Virus record (IMG/VR): IMGVR_UViG_3300016484_000881 | Span: 157 to 64,156 of that record | Reading direction: 5' to 3' (one strand) | Source: a virus | Taxonomy: Duplodnaviria > Caudoviricetes | DNA: 64,000 nt | The notes under the pieces: generated by a model | The model's database searches: none | What the model saw: the letters and a program-made list of their open reading frames with translations, nothing else | Told to the model about the DNA's origin: nothing | In this document: piece by piece, positions 54,822 to 64,000 of the stretch | Position numbering within the stretch: the first letter of the stretch is position 1 | How the letters are laid out: every line of letters starts with the position of its first letter | Translations under genes and position numbers: made by a program

Positions 54822-57163
54822 TGGTCACTCAAGCAATCAACATCATTATTTCTGCAACCGGAGTTCGAACAGTTGTTCGTTCTCTTAATGATATTGGTCA
54901 TGCTGCTGATAGGTCAACTCGCGGTCTTTTTCTACTTCAGCGAGCTCTATACACAATCGGTGCTGGTGCTGCTGTCAGAAGTCTTCAAACTATGCTGGAC
55001 ACTCTGACAAATTTTGAGAACAGAATTGCTCTAGTTACAAAAAATTCAGCTGAGCTGAATGCTGTACAGAATGAACTTCTTGAGCTCAGCACAAGGACAC
55101 GTTTGAATTTTGAGAACACTGCTGAAGTTTATTCAAGAACCGCACTCGCAGTCAGAGAACTTGGTATTTCTCAACTAGAAACTCTCCAATTTACAGAATC
55201 CTTGAATAAAGCGACCATTTTGTCTGGGGCCAATGCCCAAGAAGCTCATGCAGCTCTTATTCAGTTATCACAGGGTATGGCTTCTGGAAGGCTGAGCGGA
55301 GACGAACTGAGATCAGTCTTGGAACAACTTCCTTACGTTGCGGATATCATCGCAAAGTCCCTGGGTGTTACTAGAGGAGAATTGAGAAAACTCGGCTCTG
55401 AAGGCAAGATTGGTCCTAACGAAATTCTGAAAGCATTCAGAGAAGCTAGAGTAGAGATTAATGAAAAGTTCGGAAACACTATTCCAACTATTGAGCAAAG
55501 TTTTTCTGTGTTGAGAACTTCAGTTCTTTCTGTTCTTGATCAGTTTGATGATTTTACTCGTTCTAGCGAAAAAGTAGCAAGATCAATTATTTCTCTGGCT
55601 ACTGGAATAAGGGAATACCTTATTCCAACTTTGACAGAACTCGCTAGAAGATATCCCGCCATGACTAACGCTATATCTCAGGCTGGAGAAGAGCTTAGTA
55701 ATGGCCTCAAGAGAGACGTTCAGGATGCAGAGAAACTTCTTAATCTTAGTCTGAAACTTGCGGACGCTTATGATTTGATTGTCAAAGGTGGCTTCACCAA
55801 TGATGCAATCGGCGACGGAATGATTGAATTCTTCAAAACTGATCTAGGCGGGGGAGATTCAGATCGTCTTGCCACTCTCTGGGCTGGAGTTCTAGCAGAA
55901 GCAACTCAAAAAACGAAAGACAAATTCACTGATCTTGGTGGTGTGGATGGATCTTACTTCTTAGACGTCTTTATTCCCCAAAGTTCAGAAGATCTTGATT
56001 TTTCAGAAAAACTCAAGAATCTTAAACAAGAGAATGGACTATTGCGGGTCAACGCAAATGAAAGAGCCAGACTTACAGAAATATATAAAATTGAGAATGA
56101 TCTCAAAAGAGAGCTCACTGATAAAGAAATCAGTTCTGTTCGTAAGTTGGTTGATGAAAATTTGGCTCTTAAAGAATTAGAAAAGCAATCTGAAAAAGAA
56201 AAAGGTTTTCAGAAAGATGTCTCTAATCTTGTATTTGAAAATGAAGTTCTGAAAGTCAATAAGAACGAAAGAAAAGCTCTGATAGAGATTCACAATCTTG
56301 AAGAAAGTGTTGGCAGAACTCTTTCTTCTCGAGAGAAAGACCGCATCAAGAATATAATTGATCAGAATATCGCTCTAGAAGCATCTTCCGAGGCTTATGA
56401 AAAGATTAATCAGCCGCTTGATACATATATATCTTCTGTTCGTGTTCTGAACGAACTTCTTCTTGCTGGTAAGATCAATCAAGATCAGTTTAATCTGTCT
56501 CTTCAAAGTGCAAGAGTTGAATATCTTAATGGCCAGAAGGACATAGCCTCTGGATTTGAAAGAGGTTTTCTGAAAGTTCTTTCTGAAACAAGTGACTACG
56601 CAACTATCATGGAAGGCATCGTTTCTAAATCTTTTGATGGTATTTCAGACGCGATTGCTGATCTAGCTATTTCTGGAAAAGCTGATTTCAAGAGTTTGTT
56701 TAATTCGATTGAAAAAGATCTGATTAAGTTCATGGTCTCAAAAGCTTTCCAGAACTTCTTTGGTGGATTCTCTGGTGGATTCAGTCAAGGCTCATCTTCT
56801 GGAGGAGGTTTTGATTTCCTCAACAGGATGATTAGCTCAATATTTGCTGGTCGCAGGGCTTTGGGTGGAGGTGTTCGAGCTGGTGAAGGAGTTGTCGTGG
56901 GAGAGCACAGACCAGAACTTTTCATTCCAGATCGTCCTGGAACTGTTGTTCCAAAAATTGGTGAGGGTGGAGGACCAGTGATCATCAATATGTATGGTCA
57001 GGGTAATCCTTCGGTCAACACGAAAAAAGGATCCAGTGGAGGCTTAGAGATTGATGCTGTTATGGATCAATCAATTGCTAACGCTATTGGAAATCCAAAG
57101 AGCCAGACAGCTAAAGTACTGAGGCACAAATATAGTCTAACTCAAACAGTAAAGGCAAGGTAA
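54821..57163 (+). CDS. Tape measure protein
   Basis: QLSQGMASGRLSGDELRSVLE tape-measure N-domain; RALGGGV...VVGEHRPELFIP C-terminus. Confidence 0.92.
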   Translation: MVTQAINIIISATGVRTVVRSLNDIGHAADRSTRGLFLLQRALYTIGAGAAVRSLQTMLDTLTNFENRIALVTKNSAELNAVQNELLELSTRTRLNFENTAEVYSRTALAVRELGISQLETLQFTESLNKATILSGANAQEAHAALIQLSQGMASGRLSGDELRSVLEQLPYVADIIAKSLGVTRGELRKLGSEGKIGPNEILKAFREARVEINEKFGNTIPTIEQSFSVLRTSVLSVLDQFDDFTRSSEKVARSIISLATGIREYLIPTLTELARRYPAMTNAISQAGEELSNGLKRDVQDAEKLLNLSLKLADAYDLIVKGGFTNDAIGDGMIEFFKTDLGGGDSDRLATLWAGVLAEATQKTKDKFTDLGGVDGSYFLDVFIPQSSEDLDFSEKLKNLKQENGLLRVNANERARLTEIYKIENDLKRELTDKEISSVRKLVDENLALKELEKQSEKEKGFQKDVSNLVFENEVLKVNKNERKALIEIHNLEESVGRTLSSREKDRIKNIIDQNIALEASSEAYEKINQPLDTYISSVRVLNELLLAGKINQDQFNLSLQSARVEYLNGQKDIASGFERGFLKVLSETSDYATIMEGIVSKSFDGISDAIADLAISGKADFKSLFNSIEKDLIKFMVSKAFQNFFGGFSGGFSQGSSSGGGFDFLNRMISSIFAGRRALGGGVRAGEGVVVGEHRPELFIPDRPGTVVPKIGEGGGPVIINMYGQGNPSVNTKKGSSGGLEIDAVMDQSIANAIGNPKSQTAKVLRHKYSLTQTVKAR

Positions 57164-57164
57164 T

Positions 57165-57533
57165 ATGGCATTTCCTTCCTGGCCAACAAGTCTTCCACAG
57201 TTTCCTGAGCCACCGTTCGCAGATTCAATGTCTTTGGATATTCAGCAGCTTGATGTAGAAGATGGTCTTCCTTTTGTTAGAGTTCAAGATACCGGATTTT
57301 TTCCGATTGATCTCATCTACTTAATGAATGGATCTCAGTATCAAACTCTGGTAACATTCATTCAAACAACTTTGCTAAAAGCGACTTCTCCTTTTCGTCT
57401 TCCATACCCAGGAACTGGAACTCTAACAGATGTGCAGATTATTCCAAATGCTGAAGGAAGAGCTTGTTCACGTTCATATAGAGGTTTAGATTTCTGGGAA
57501 GTTTCAATTAGAGTCATGGTTCTAAAAGTATAA
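57165..57533 (+). CDS. Distal tail protein
   Basis: Follows TMP; WPTSLPQFP. Confidence 0.65.
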   Translation: MAFPSWPTSLPQFPEPPFADSMSLDIQQLDVEDGLPFVRVQDTGFFPIDLIYLMNGSQYQTLVTFIQTTLLKATSPFRLPYPGTGTLTDVQIIPNAEGRACSRSYRGLDFWEVSIRVMVLKV

Positions 57534-58042
57534 TGCCGATATCATCAGGAACAGCAGAAGAACTTCGTAAAAGATCTTCTTCAGAATATTTTGTGTATCT
57601 TCTAGAGATCTCTGGTCCTGGAATTGATGGAACTGTTCGTTTCTGCGATAAAAAGCTATCTAGGCTTAGTGAAACAAGTAGCACAATCACATGGGGCTGT
57701 GTTTCTAGTGGGCTTAACTATCTTTGGTTTCCATTTCGTCTAAATATTCCAGAAACTGATTTTGATGGTGGTGGAAGTGCAGAACTTGTTATCGGTGATT
57801 CGAAAAAGCTTTTTCTTCCGCAGATTCTAAACTCTGGCTTTACTTCTGACAGAACTGTTAGAATTATGATGGCGCTTGCTAGTAACCCGAGTTCTGTACA
57901 GCAGGATTTGTCAAATCTCAAATGGGGAGATACAAGAATTAAAGATTCTGTCATCTTTCTGACATTGAAAACAAAACCATTTGCTCTTGAGCCAATTCCA
58001 GCTCTAGGGTTCTTCCCAAAGCAGCACAGGGGTCTTTTCTAA
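57533..58042 (+). CDS. Minor tail protein (DUF1833 / lambda L-like position)
   Basis: YLLEISGPG, YLWFPFRLNIP, FFPKQHRGLF. Confidence 0.65.
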   Translation: MPISSGTAEELRKRSSSEYFVYLLEISGPGIDGTVRFCDKKLSRLSETSSTITWGCVSSGLNYLWFPFRLNIPETDFDGGGSAELVIGDSKKLFLPQILNSGFTSDRTVRIMMALASNPSSVQQDLSNLKWGDTRIKDSVIFLTLKTKPFALEPIPALGFFPKQHRGLF

Positions 58043-61000
58043 TGAGAGCTTGGTGGAACGATTACACTGGAATTCCTTATCTTGCTAAAGGAAGAACACG
58101 TCAAGGCGCCGATTGCTACGGTTTGGCGAGACTGGTTCACAAAGAAGTTTTTAATCATATTCTTCCTTCCTATGTTGAAGAATATGATGATCGTGATCCG
58201 ATGAGTATCCAAACTGCCATTTTAAATCATCAAGAGAATTGGGTTGAGATTGATCAAAAAGATGTGAAAAGTGGTGATCTAGTTCTATTCGATGTTCTTG
58301 GCTTGATGGCTCATGTTGGAATTTTCACAGAGTCTGGATTCTTTCTTCATGTTTTCGATGGTCTTCCAGCTTGTGTCTGTGAGCTAGGAGATATTCGTTG
58401 GAGAAACAGAATAAAAGGTTTCTATAGATACACAGAAATTCTTGAAGGAGAAATTGTAGACAAGACTATTCGAATTCACGCCATCACTCATCCTCTCAGG
58501 TCAGATGAGTTTGATGTTCAAGTTCCTCAGGGAATGAATTTAAAAGAATTGGATCGATGGGTTAAAGATAGATCTGATCTTCCATACGGACTGCTTGAAA
58601 ACTTAATTTCTGGCATACAGGTTAACGGAGTTCCGGTAAGCCCAGAGTTGTGGGAACATATAGTTCCAGACGAAAATCATTTTGTTGCATACGTGATTGT
58701 TCCTGGAGGAGATGAATTCTGGGGAGGCTTGATAAGGCTATCTTCCGCAATCGCCGGAACATTTCTTTCTCAAATTCCAGTGGTTGGCCCTCTTCTGGGT
58801 ATAGGTGTTAGTCTTTTAGGAAATTTTGCTGCTGAAGCTCTTTTTGCAGTTCGACCAAATCAAGGTCCTGAATTTACACAGGGAAGACAACTATATCTCA
58901 TAAACAATTCGTCTAACCAAGCGGAGCAGTATGGCCCTTATCCTCTTGTCTTCGGAAAAACTCGAGTTCGTGGCATTCCGGGAATTAAGACATATGTGGA
59001 CAATACTGGAGACGATAGCTATCTTCACATGGTTCTGGTTTGGTGTGCTGCTCCAGCTATAATCAGCGACATACGAATCGGTGAAACAAACATATACGAT
59101 TTTGAAGATGTCGAAGTTGTCACTCTGGATGGGATAGACACACCAGAAACGATTGCAGATTTTAATGAACTGGCAGGACAAGACACAGATCAGGTAATCA
59201 TTGGATTAAGCTTAGATCGACCCCTACTGAAAGTCACTTCTATGACTGACATGGGAAGTTATTATGTAGTCATAACTGAAAATGACCATAATTATCTTGT
59301 TGGAACAGATGTTTCGTTCTGTGCTACTCAAACTTCCTGGACTCAAAATGATCCGCACTATACTGTTTCTGAAATCGTTAATTCAACCACTTTTAAGTTC
59401 AACACAACTGCTGCTGGATTGAATTTTAGTTTTTGTCACGGTTCAAACTGGCTGCAAGATTCTTTGGATGAGACCGTTACGAGACTTTCTTTTGGTTTCT
59501 CTTTTAACGGTTTAAGAGGAATTGCTTCTGACACTGGTGCTTCTTTCGATTGGCCTTTTGGAGCTAGGGTTGAAGTTCAAAACACGTTGCCGACTCCAGG
59601 ATCATTCTTTGGTCTTTCAACAACAGTTCGCGCAAAAACCTTCAACACTATTGGTATCGCTTGGGCTAACACTGATAGTGATGCTGCTCTGGAAAAAGTT
59701 TATCAATGGCATAGAGTAGTTATTGCACCTGATGGAAGCTTGAAACTGAAATCAGGGTGCTTCACGAATAACTGGAAAGCAGATCCAACTGAACCGCTGT
59801 TAAGCCGTTTGATCAGAACTACAGCTTCATCTTCAACTGCTACATTTAAGTGGCTGCCAGAACTTGAAGATGGAGAAGTTGAGATCTGGAGAGTACCAAT
59901 ATACGGAAATACAGTTTCGTATTTCGACGGCGATAACGCTACAAGAGATCATGAAGATCTTAGAGGAACTTCTGGATTCACAATAGTCGGTTGTGGCCTC
60001 ACGTTTTCAGCAAATGATAGAACCTTCACTGTTGCTGGTGGAACAATCGGCAGAACTTCTGAAAACGAGATCAATATCGGTGGTCCCAACCAAAGATACG
60101 CTTCTCACGGAGATCCATTCAACTATAACTATAATCCTTCTCTTCCAGAGGGAAAGTATAATTTTAAAATCCTAAGAACGACGCCAAGCAGTACATTTGA
60201 CACGGATTCTGCTATTCAGGTTCAGGCCGCATGTAAGATTGAACATGTGACAGGGTTTTATCCTGCGAAGCCTATGAATCCGCTCAAGAAATTGTGCATG
60301 TCGGCAATAAAAATAAAATCAAATTCACAGTTGAATGGTAACATAGAACCGATTACAGCGTTGGTTCAAGTTCTTGGAGAAGAATGGGACCCAGGAACTT
60401 CTTCTTGGGTTCTTCAGCCGACTAGAAATGCAATTTCTATGGCGAAACTTGCTGTTAAGCATCCGCTTCTTAGTTCTCCACTGACAGAATCTGATTTAGT
60501 ATCTATAGACTGGCAGTCCGCACATGCCTACGCAAAGTCAAAAGGAATGAACTATGATGAAGTTCGCTATTCTAAAAGTGAGATGGGTGAACTTCTTAGA
60601 GATATTTTATCTGCTGCAAGAGCTAAACCAATCACAGTAGAAAATAAACTAGGGATTGCTCAGGAAAGACCAACTTCTACAGTAACACTGATGATTTCAA
60701 CAGCTAATGCTTGGGATTTTGAAATCATTCACAAAGCTCCAAATCTTCCTCATGCATTCCGGTGTATCTACGTCAATGAAAGAGCATCTTATAAAGTAGA
60801 TGAGATGCTTGTTTATGCGGATGGGTATTCTGATGGAACTGTTGTCGGTACAACTCAAGCGACAATTTTTCAAGAATATCAACCAAGAGGTGTGGTTAAT
60901 CCAGACCGAGCATTTCTTCAATCCAGATTTATGATGGCTCAGATGAAACTCCGTCCTGCAACTTACACCTGCAAGATGATGGAGCAACATTTGAACGCAA

Positions 61001-62811
61001 GGGTTGGAGCTCTTGTTTCCTATGCTCATCCAGGACAACTTCATAGCATCGGCACAGGAAGAATTCTTGAGAGGGTTACAGGAACTAAACTTAAGTTGAA
61101 TACAAAGGTGACTTTCGCTGCTTTGACAACTTATGAAATAACTATTGAGCAGCTCGATGGAACACAGATTTTGAGAACTGTTCAACAGAAGGTCACAGCT
61201 GGAGATTATGACGAAATTGACCTAACAGTTTCTGTTACAGCTGACCAAGCAGATTTAGACTTTGTTTTCGCTTTTGGAAACGTAAGCTCTTCTGTAAAAA
61301 TGATGAGACTGATTGATAAAAAGAATGAAAAGAATGGATCAGCTAGATTGATTCTTCAAGACTATGTCGGTGATGAACTGTTTAATGTCGATGACGATGA
61401 AATTGATGCCTATGATCCACAAATAACTCTTCCACCCGACTATATGGCTCCAGTCATTACTCAGACCCCCATCTTCGTTGGGCCTATTGATAGTGGAACA
61501 AACTCGACTAGACGGTCTGCAGACGGAATTTTCACTTTCGGAATTTCTGTTCCAATCAGACACCCTGTTGGCCTTAGTGGCAACGTTTCTGGAATCAACT
61601 ACCAGATTAAACCTGCTTCTGATACTTCATTGTTTTGGCCGACAGGAAGGACTGTCGGTAAGAATAGAGGAAGTATATTCTTCTCGGGTGTCCAAGAAAA
61701 TCAATACTACGTGATGAGCATACGCTATGCCTCTGCTTTTGGAACTTTTGGGCCTCGCCTTGTAGTCGGTTTACCTTCTGGTCATAGGGTTGTTGGAAGA
61801 AATGAAGTACCACCTCCAGCAGCTGGAATGAATTTTACTTTTGATGGGGATAAAGCATACGTCAACTGGATTAAGAAAGATGTTGTTGACTTTGGCGGTT
61901 TTGAATTGAGAGATAGTAATCCGTCTGTTCTCATCAATGGAACAAACACTTGGGGTGGATCTGGCTATCTATATAAAGGCTCTAGTCTTAGATCTATGGT
62001 TATTCCAGCGGCTGCTGGTGTCACCAAGACCTTCTATCTTCGGCAATTTGATGTTCTCAAAAAATACAGCACTGTCATTTCTCTACCACTGACAGTCTCT
62101 TATCCTCCAGCCATAACTACAGTTACCCAGACTGAGGCTAAGATTAGCGTCGGATTGGTGAATCTAACCTTAGATTGGGGAAATGTAGTCGGCACTACTT
62201 TTCCAATTCTTGAGTATGAGGTTAGGCAAGAAAATCCAGCTTTTCCAAATTCATGGGCGAATTCTGTTTTTAAGTGGAAGGGCGCACAGTCCATAACAAC
62301 GATTAATAATGTATCAAACACAGGTACGACAAAATTCTTGATTAAAGCAAAAGATGTCCGCGGAAACTATTCCGCGAGTCATCTGTTAGTAACTCATGAC
62401 TCTACACCTCCTGGAAGTCTAGCTTCCGCAACTGTCACTGTCACACAATCTGGTAGATATTTGAGAATGTCAGTTACCGGAACTGGAACAACTTCTCCAG
62501 AAGGCGATCTTGAGTGTTATGAGTGGAGAATTGCAAGAATTGTTTCTGGTAGCACAACTGGGGATAATGCAATTGATGGTTCTCCTTCTTCAGCAACTGA
62601 TCAACAATTGTGGGATGATCCAGATACAAAATATGTCAGAAATCTTGAGCTCACATCTCTTACTTTATTCGATCTCAAGAAGTTTACGAATGGAATTCTT
62701 TTTTCTACTGCTGGAGTAGTTTACAAAGTTCTTGTTGCAAAACGAGACAAATCCGGCAATTATGGGATATTTCATTCTTCAGTCAGCGTGACAGTTAAGA
62801 GAATTACTTAA
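58042..62811 (+). CDS. Fused NlpC/P60 + tail assembly + central tail tip (J-like) protein
   Basis: N-terminal YTGIPY...GADCYGLAR...HVGIF NlpC/P60; PYPLVFGK; later fibronectin-like repeats. Confidence 0.8.
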   Translation: MRAWWNDYTGIPYLAKGRTRQGADCYGLARLVHKEVFNHILPSYVEEYDDRDPMSIQTAILNHQENWVEIDQKDVKSGDLVLFDVLGLMAHVGIFTESGFFLHVFDGLPACVCELGDIRWRNRIKGFYRYTEILEGEIVDKTIRIHAITHPLRSDEFDVQVPQGMNLKELDRWVKDRSDLPYGLLENLISGIQVNGVPVSPELWEHIVPDENHFVAYVIVPGGDEFWGGLIRLSSAIAGTFLSQIPVVGPLLGIGVSLLGNFAAEALFAVRPNQGPEFTQGRQLYLINNSSNQAEQYGPYPLVFGKTRVRGIPGIKTYVDNTGDDSYLHMVLVWCAAPAIISDIRIGETNIYDFEDVEVVTLDGIDTPETIADFNELAGQDTDQVIIGLSLDRPLLKVTSMTDMGSYYVVITENDHNYLVGTDVSFCATQTSWTQNDPHYTVSEIVNSTTFKFNTTAAGLNFSFCHGSNWLQDSLDETVTRLSFGFSFNGLRGIASDTGASFDWPFGARVEVQNTLPTPGSFFGLSTTVRAKTFNTIGIAWANTDSDAALEKVYQWHRVVIAPDGSLKLKSGCFTNNWKADPTEPLLSRLIRTTASSSTATFKWLPELEDGEVEIWRVPIYGNTVSYFDGDNATRDHEDLRGTSGFTIVGCGLTFSANDRTFTVAGGTIGRTSENEINIGGPNQRYASHGDPFNYNYNPSLPEGKYNFKILRTTPSSTFDTDSAIQVQAACKIEHVTGFYPAKPMNPLKKLCMSAIKIKSNSQLNGNIEPITALVQVLGEEWDPGTSSWVLQPTRNAISMAKLAVKHPLLSSPLTESDLVSIDWQSAHAYAKSKGMNYDEVRYSKSEMGELLRDILSAARAKPITVENKLGIAQERPTSTVTLMISTANAWDFEIIHKAPNLPHAFRCIYVNERASYKVDEMLVYADGYSDGTVVGTTQATIFQEYQPRGVVNPDRAFLQSRFMMAQMKLRPATYTCKMMEQHLNARVGALVSYAHPGQLHSIGTGRILERVTGTKLKLNTKVTFAALTTYEITIEQLDGTQILRTVQQKVTAGDYDEIDLTVSVTADQADLDFVFAFGNVSSSVKMMRLIDKKNEKNGSARLILQDYVGDELFNVDDDEIDAYDPQITLPPDYMAPVITQTPIFVGPIDSGTNSTRRSADGIFTFGISVPIRHPVGLSGNVSGINYQIKPASDTSLFWPTGRTVGKNRGSIFFSGVQENQYYVMSIRYASAFGTFGPRLVVGLPSGHRVVGRNEVPPPAAGMNFTFDGDKAYVNWIKKDVVDFGGFELRDSNPSVLINGTNTWGGSGYLYKGSSLRSMVIPAAAGVTKTFYLRQFDVLKKYSTVISLPLTVSYPPAITTVTQTEAKISVGLVNLTLDWGNVVGTTFPILEYEVRQENPAFPNSWANSVFKWKGAQSITTINNVSNTGTTKFLIKAKDVRGNYSASHLLVTHDSTPPGSLASATVTVTQSGRYLRMSVTGTGTTSPEGDLECYEWRIARIVSGSTTGDNAIDGSPSSATDQQLWDDPDTKYVRNLELTSLTLFDLKKFTNGILFSTAGVVYKVLVAKRDKSGNYGIFHSSVSVTVKRIT

Positions 62812-62823
62812 AGAGAGATAACG

Positions 62824-64000
62824 ATGACTATTTCTTTAACTGTTAGTCCTCTTAAGGGTGGTGCGAAAATTTCTTTAGATGATCCAGGTGATGAGGGACT
62901 GGTTTCAATTAAAGTCTGGATGGATACTTCAGGTCCCAACTTTGTTCCTTCTGATTCTAATCTCGTACATGATGGAAAAACTAGAGTTCTCTCTATTTTT
63001 GGTCTTTCACAGAATCCACATTATTTTAGATTTGCAACTGTAACAGATCTTGATACTTATCCTCCAACTGACGTTGTTTCTAGACCAGCGATTTCTGAAG
63101 GAGATGCTTCTGATGATGCAATTTCTTGCACACCGTTGCCTCTAGATGGTTCAATGATTGCTGATGAGTTTCGTGGCAAACAGATGTTTTCTGGAGTCTC
63201 AGGAGATCGAGGAGCCATAGCAAAAACTGCGCTGGTATCTGCCCCCGGCAATGTGACGGTCAGTAATGGCGTAGATTTCTCTGCCTCTGGAGGAGCCTGT
63301 GTTATCATCACAGACAACGGCGGCACCATAACCTATTCGTGGTACAATTCATGCTCTGGCAATGTTCTGACTAATCTGTACTCAACAGTGAAGGTCGACG
63401 ACATCATCGTGCCATTGCCCATTGCGTCTGTCCCCGTGGAGGCTTACTCCGGAAGCGGCAACCTTGCACTTCACGGAACTTACCACACCACCACTGGAGT
63501 ACCATTTCCACGCTCTGGCACGGTGAATGCGCTCAAGGCCCAATACGATCAAACTGCTGACGACTTCACATTTAGTGGGGTGTCTGGCAATCAGCTGACA
63601 GGTGTCAGTGGGCTTGCTGCATTCAGCACTCCTGCTGGCTTAAGCAATGCCTTCATTTTTTACAACAACGGGTTCACTGAAAAGACGTTGTTTGCAGCAA
63701 CCATGTATTCTTCCTTTGATGTTGGCGCTGACATCAGCAAATTCGATGCCAACGGAGGGGTGGCAATCCTGATCAATGCAGACGGGATCCAGCGAATACC
63801 CTATGTCGTTTCCGGCACTCAGCTTCAGGGATTTTCATTTTTCTCTGGCGTGTCTGCCGGATTGACGTTCATCATCCCTGACTTCAGTTATATCGTGACC
63901 GGCAAGCATGACGGGTATATTCACATCACTGCACTCGGAGTGGCGCGCTTCAGCCATTTCAACACAGAGGTTGATACTCTGAGAGTTCGCCGCAGCCTTC
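62824..64000 (+). CDS. Tail fibre protein, 3' partial
   Basis: Frame open from ATG 62824 to window end (translated by hand; absent from track because there is no stop). Confidence 0.75.
   Translation, partial: MTISLTVSPLKGGAKISLDDPGDEGLVSIKVWMDTSGPNFVPSDSNLVHDGKTRVLSIFGLSQNPHYFRFATVTDLDTYPPTDVVSRPAISEGDASDDAISCTPLPLDGSMIADEFRGKQMFSGVSGDRGAIAKTALVSAPGNVTVSNGVDFSASGGACVIITDNGGTITYSWYNSCSGNVLTNLYSTVKVDDIIVPLPIASVPVEAYSGSGNLALHGTYHTTTGVPFPRSGTVNALKAQYDQTADDFTFSGVSGNQLTGVSGLAAFSTPAGLSNAFIFYNNGFTEKTLFAATMYSSFDVGADISKFDANGGVAILINADGIQRIPYVVSGTQLQGFSFFSGVSAGLTFIIPDFSYIVTGKHDGYIHITALGVARFSHFNTEVDTLRVRRSL

Noticed and set aside
353-63329. Most short minus-strand ORFs in the track
   Set aside because: They shadow well-supported + strand genes and lack RBS or domain features
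1-64000. Integrase/lysogeny module, 7-deazaguanine genes, DNA methyltransferase, DGR reverse transcriptase
   Set aside because: No ORF with the corresponding motifs was recognised; this also argues against a GA-specific adenine methylase as the cause of the islands, though a profile search is needed

Overview
Almost complete genome of a tailed dsDNA phage (siphovirus) with YuA/M6/phiJL001-like (Mesyanzhinovviridae-like) gene order. The host is probably an alphaproteobacterium, inferred from the endolysin type and promoter style. The window starts and ends inside tail-fibre coding sequence. Nearly all genes are on the + strand, in this order: lysis (1-2.8 kb); replication and nucleotide metabolism (3-22 kb: SNF2 and Dda-like helicases, class II RNR, family A polymerase, dCTP deaminase, primase-helicase), containing a thymine-hypermodification cluster (5-hmdU DNA kinase-like, GT-B glycosyltransferase, dUMP hydroxymethylase, deoxyribosyltransferase-like, tRNA-Tyr, DUF3310); many small early genes behind sigma70-type promoters (22-40 kb), including a GC-rich foreign block at 31.6-34.9 kb; then terminase, head and tail genes (40.7-64 kb). 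No integrase or CRISPR array was seen. The most striking unexplained signal concerns the TC/GA dinucleotide. The backbone is rich in it (about 18% of positions in lines counted by hand), yet eight islands of 80-600 bp exclude it almost completely on both strands. Two islands lie inside coding linkers and use AGC serine codons. One contains an entire gene with no Asp and a single Glu and sits next to a TC-saturated repeat block downstream of terS. The working hypothesis is that these are sequence-encoded 'modification-free windows' in a genome whose T residues are hypermodified in TpC context. All protein family calls come from motif recognition by eye; no database search was run.
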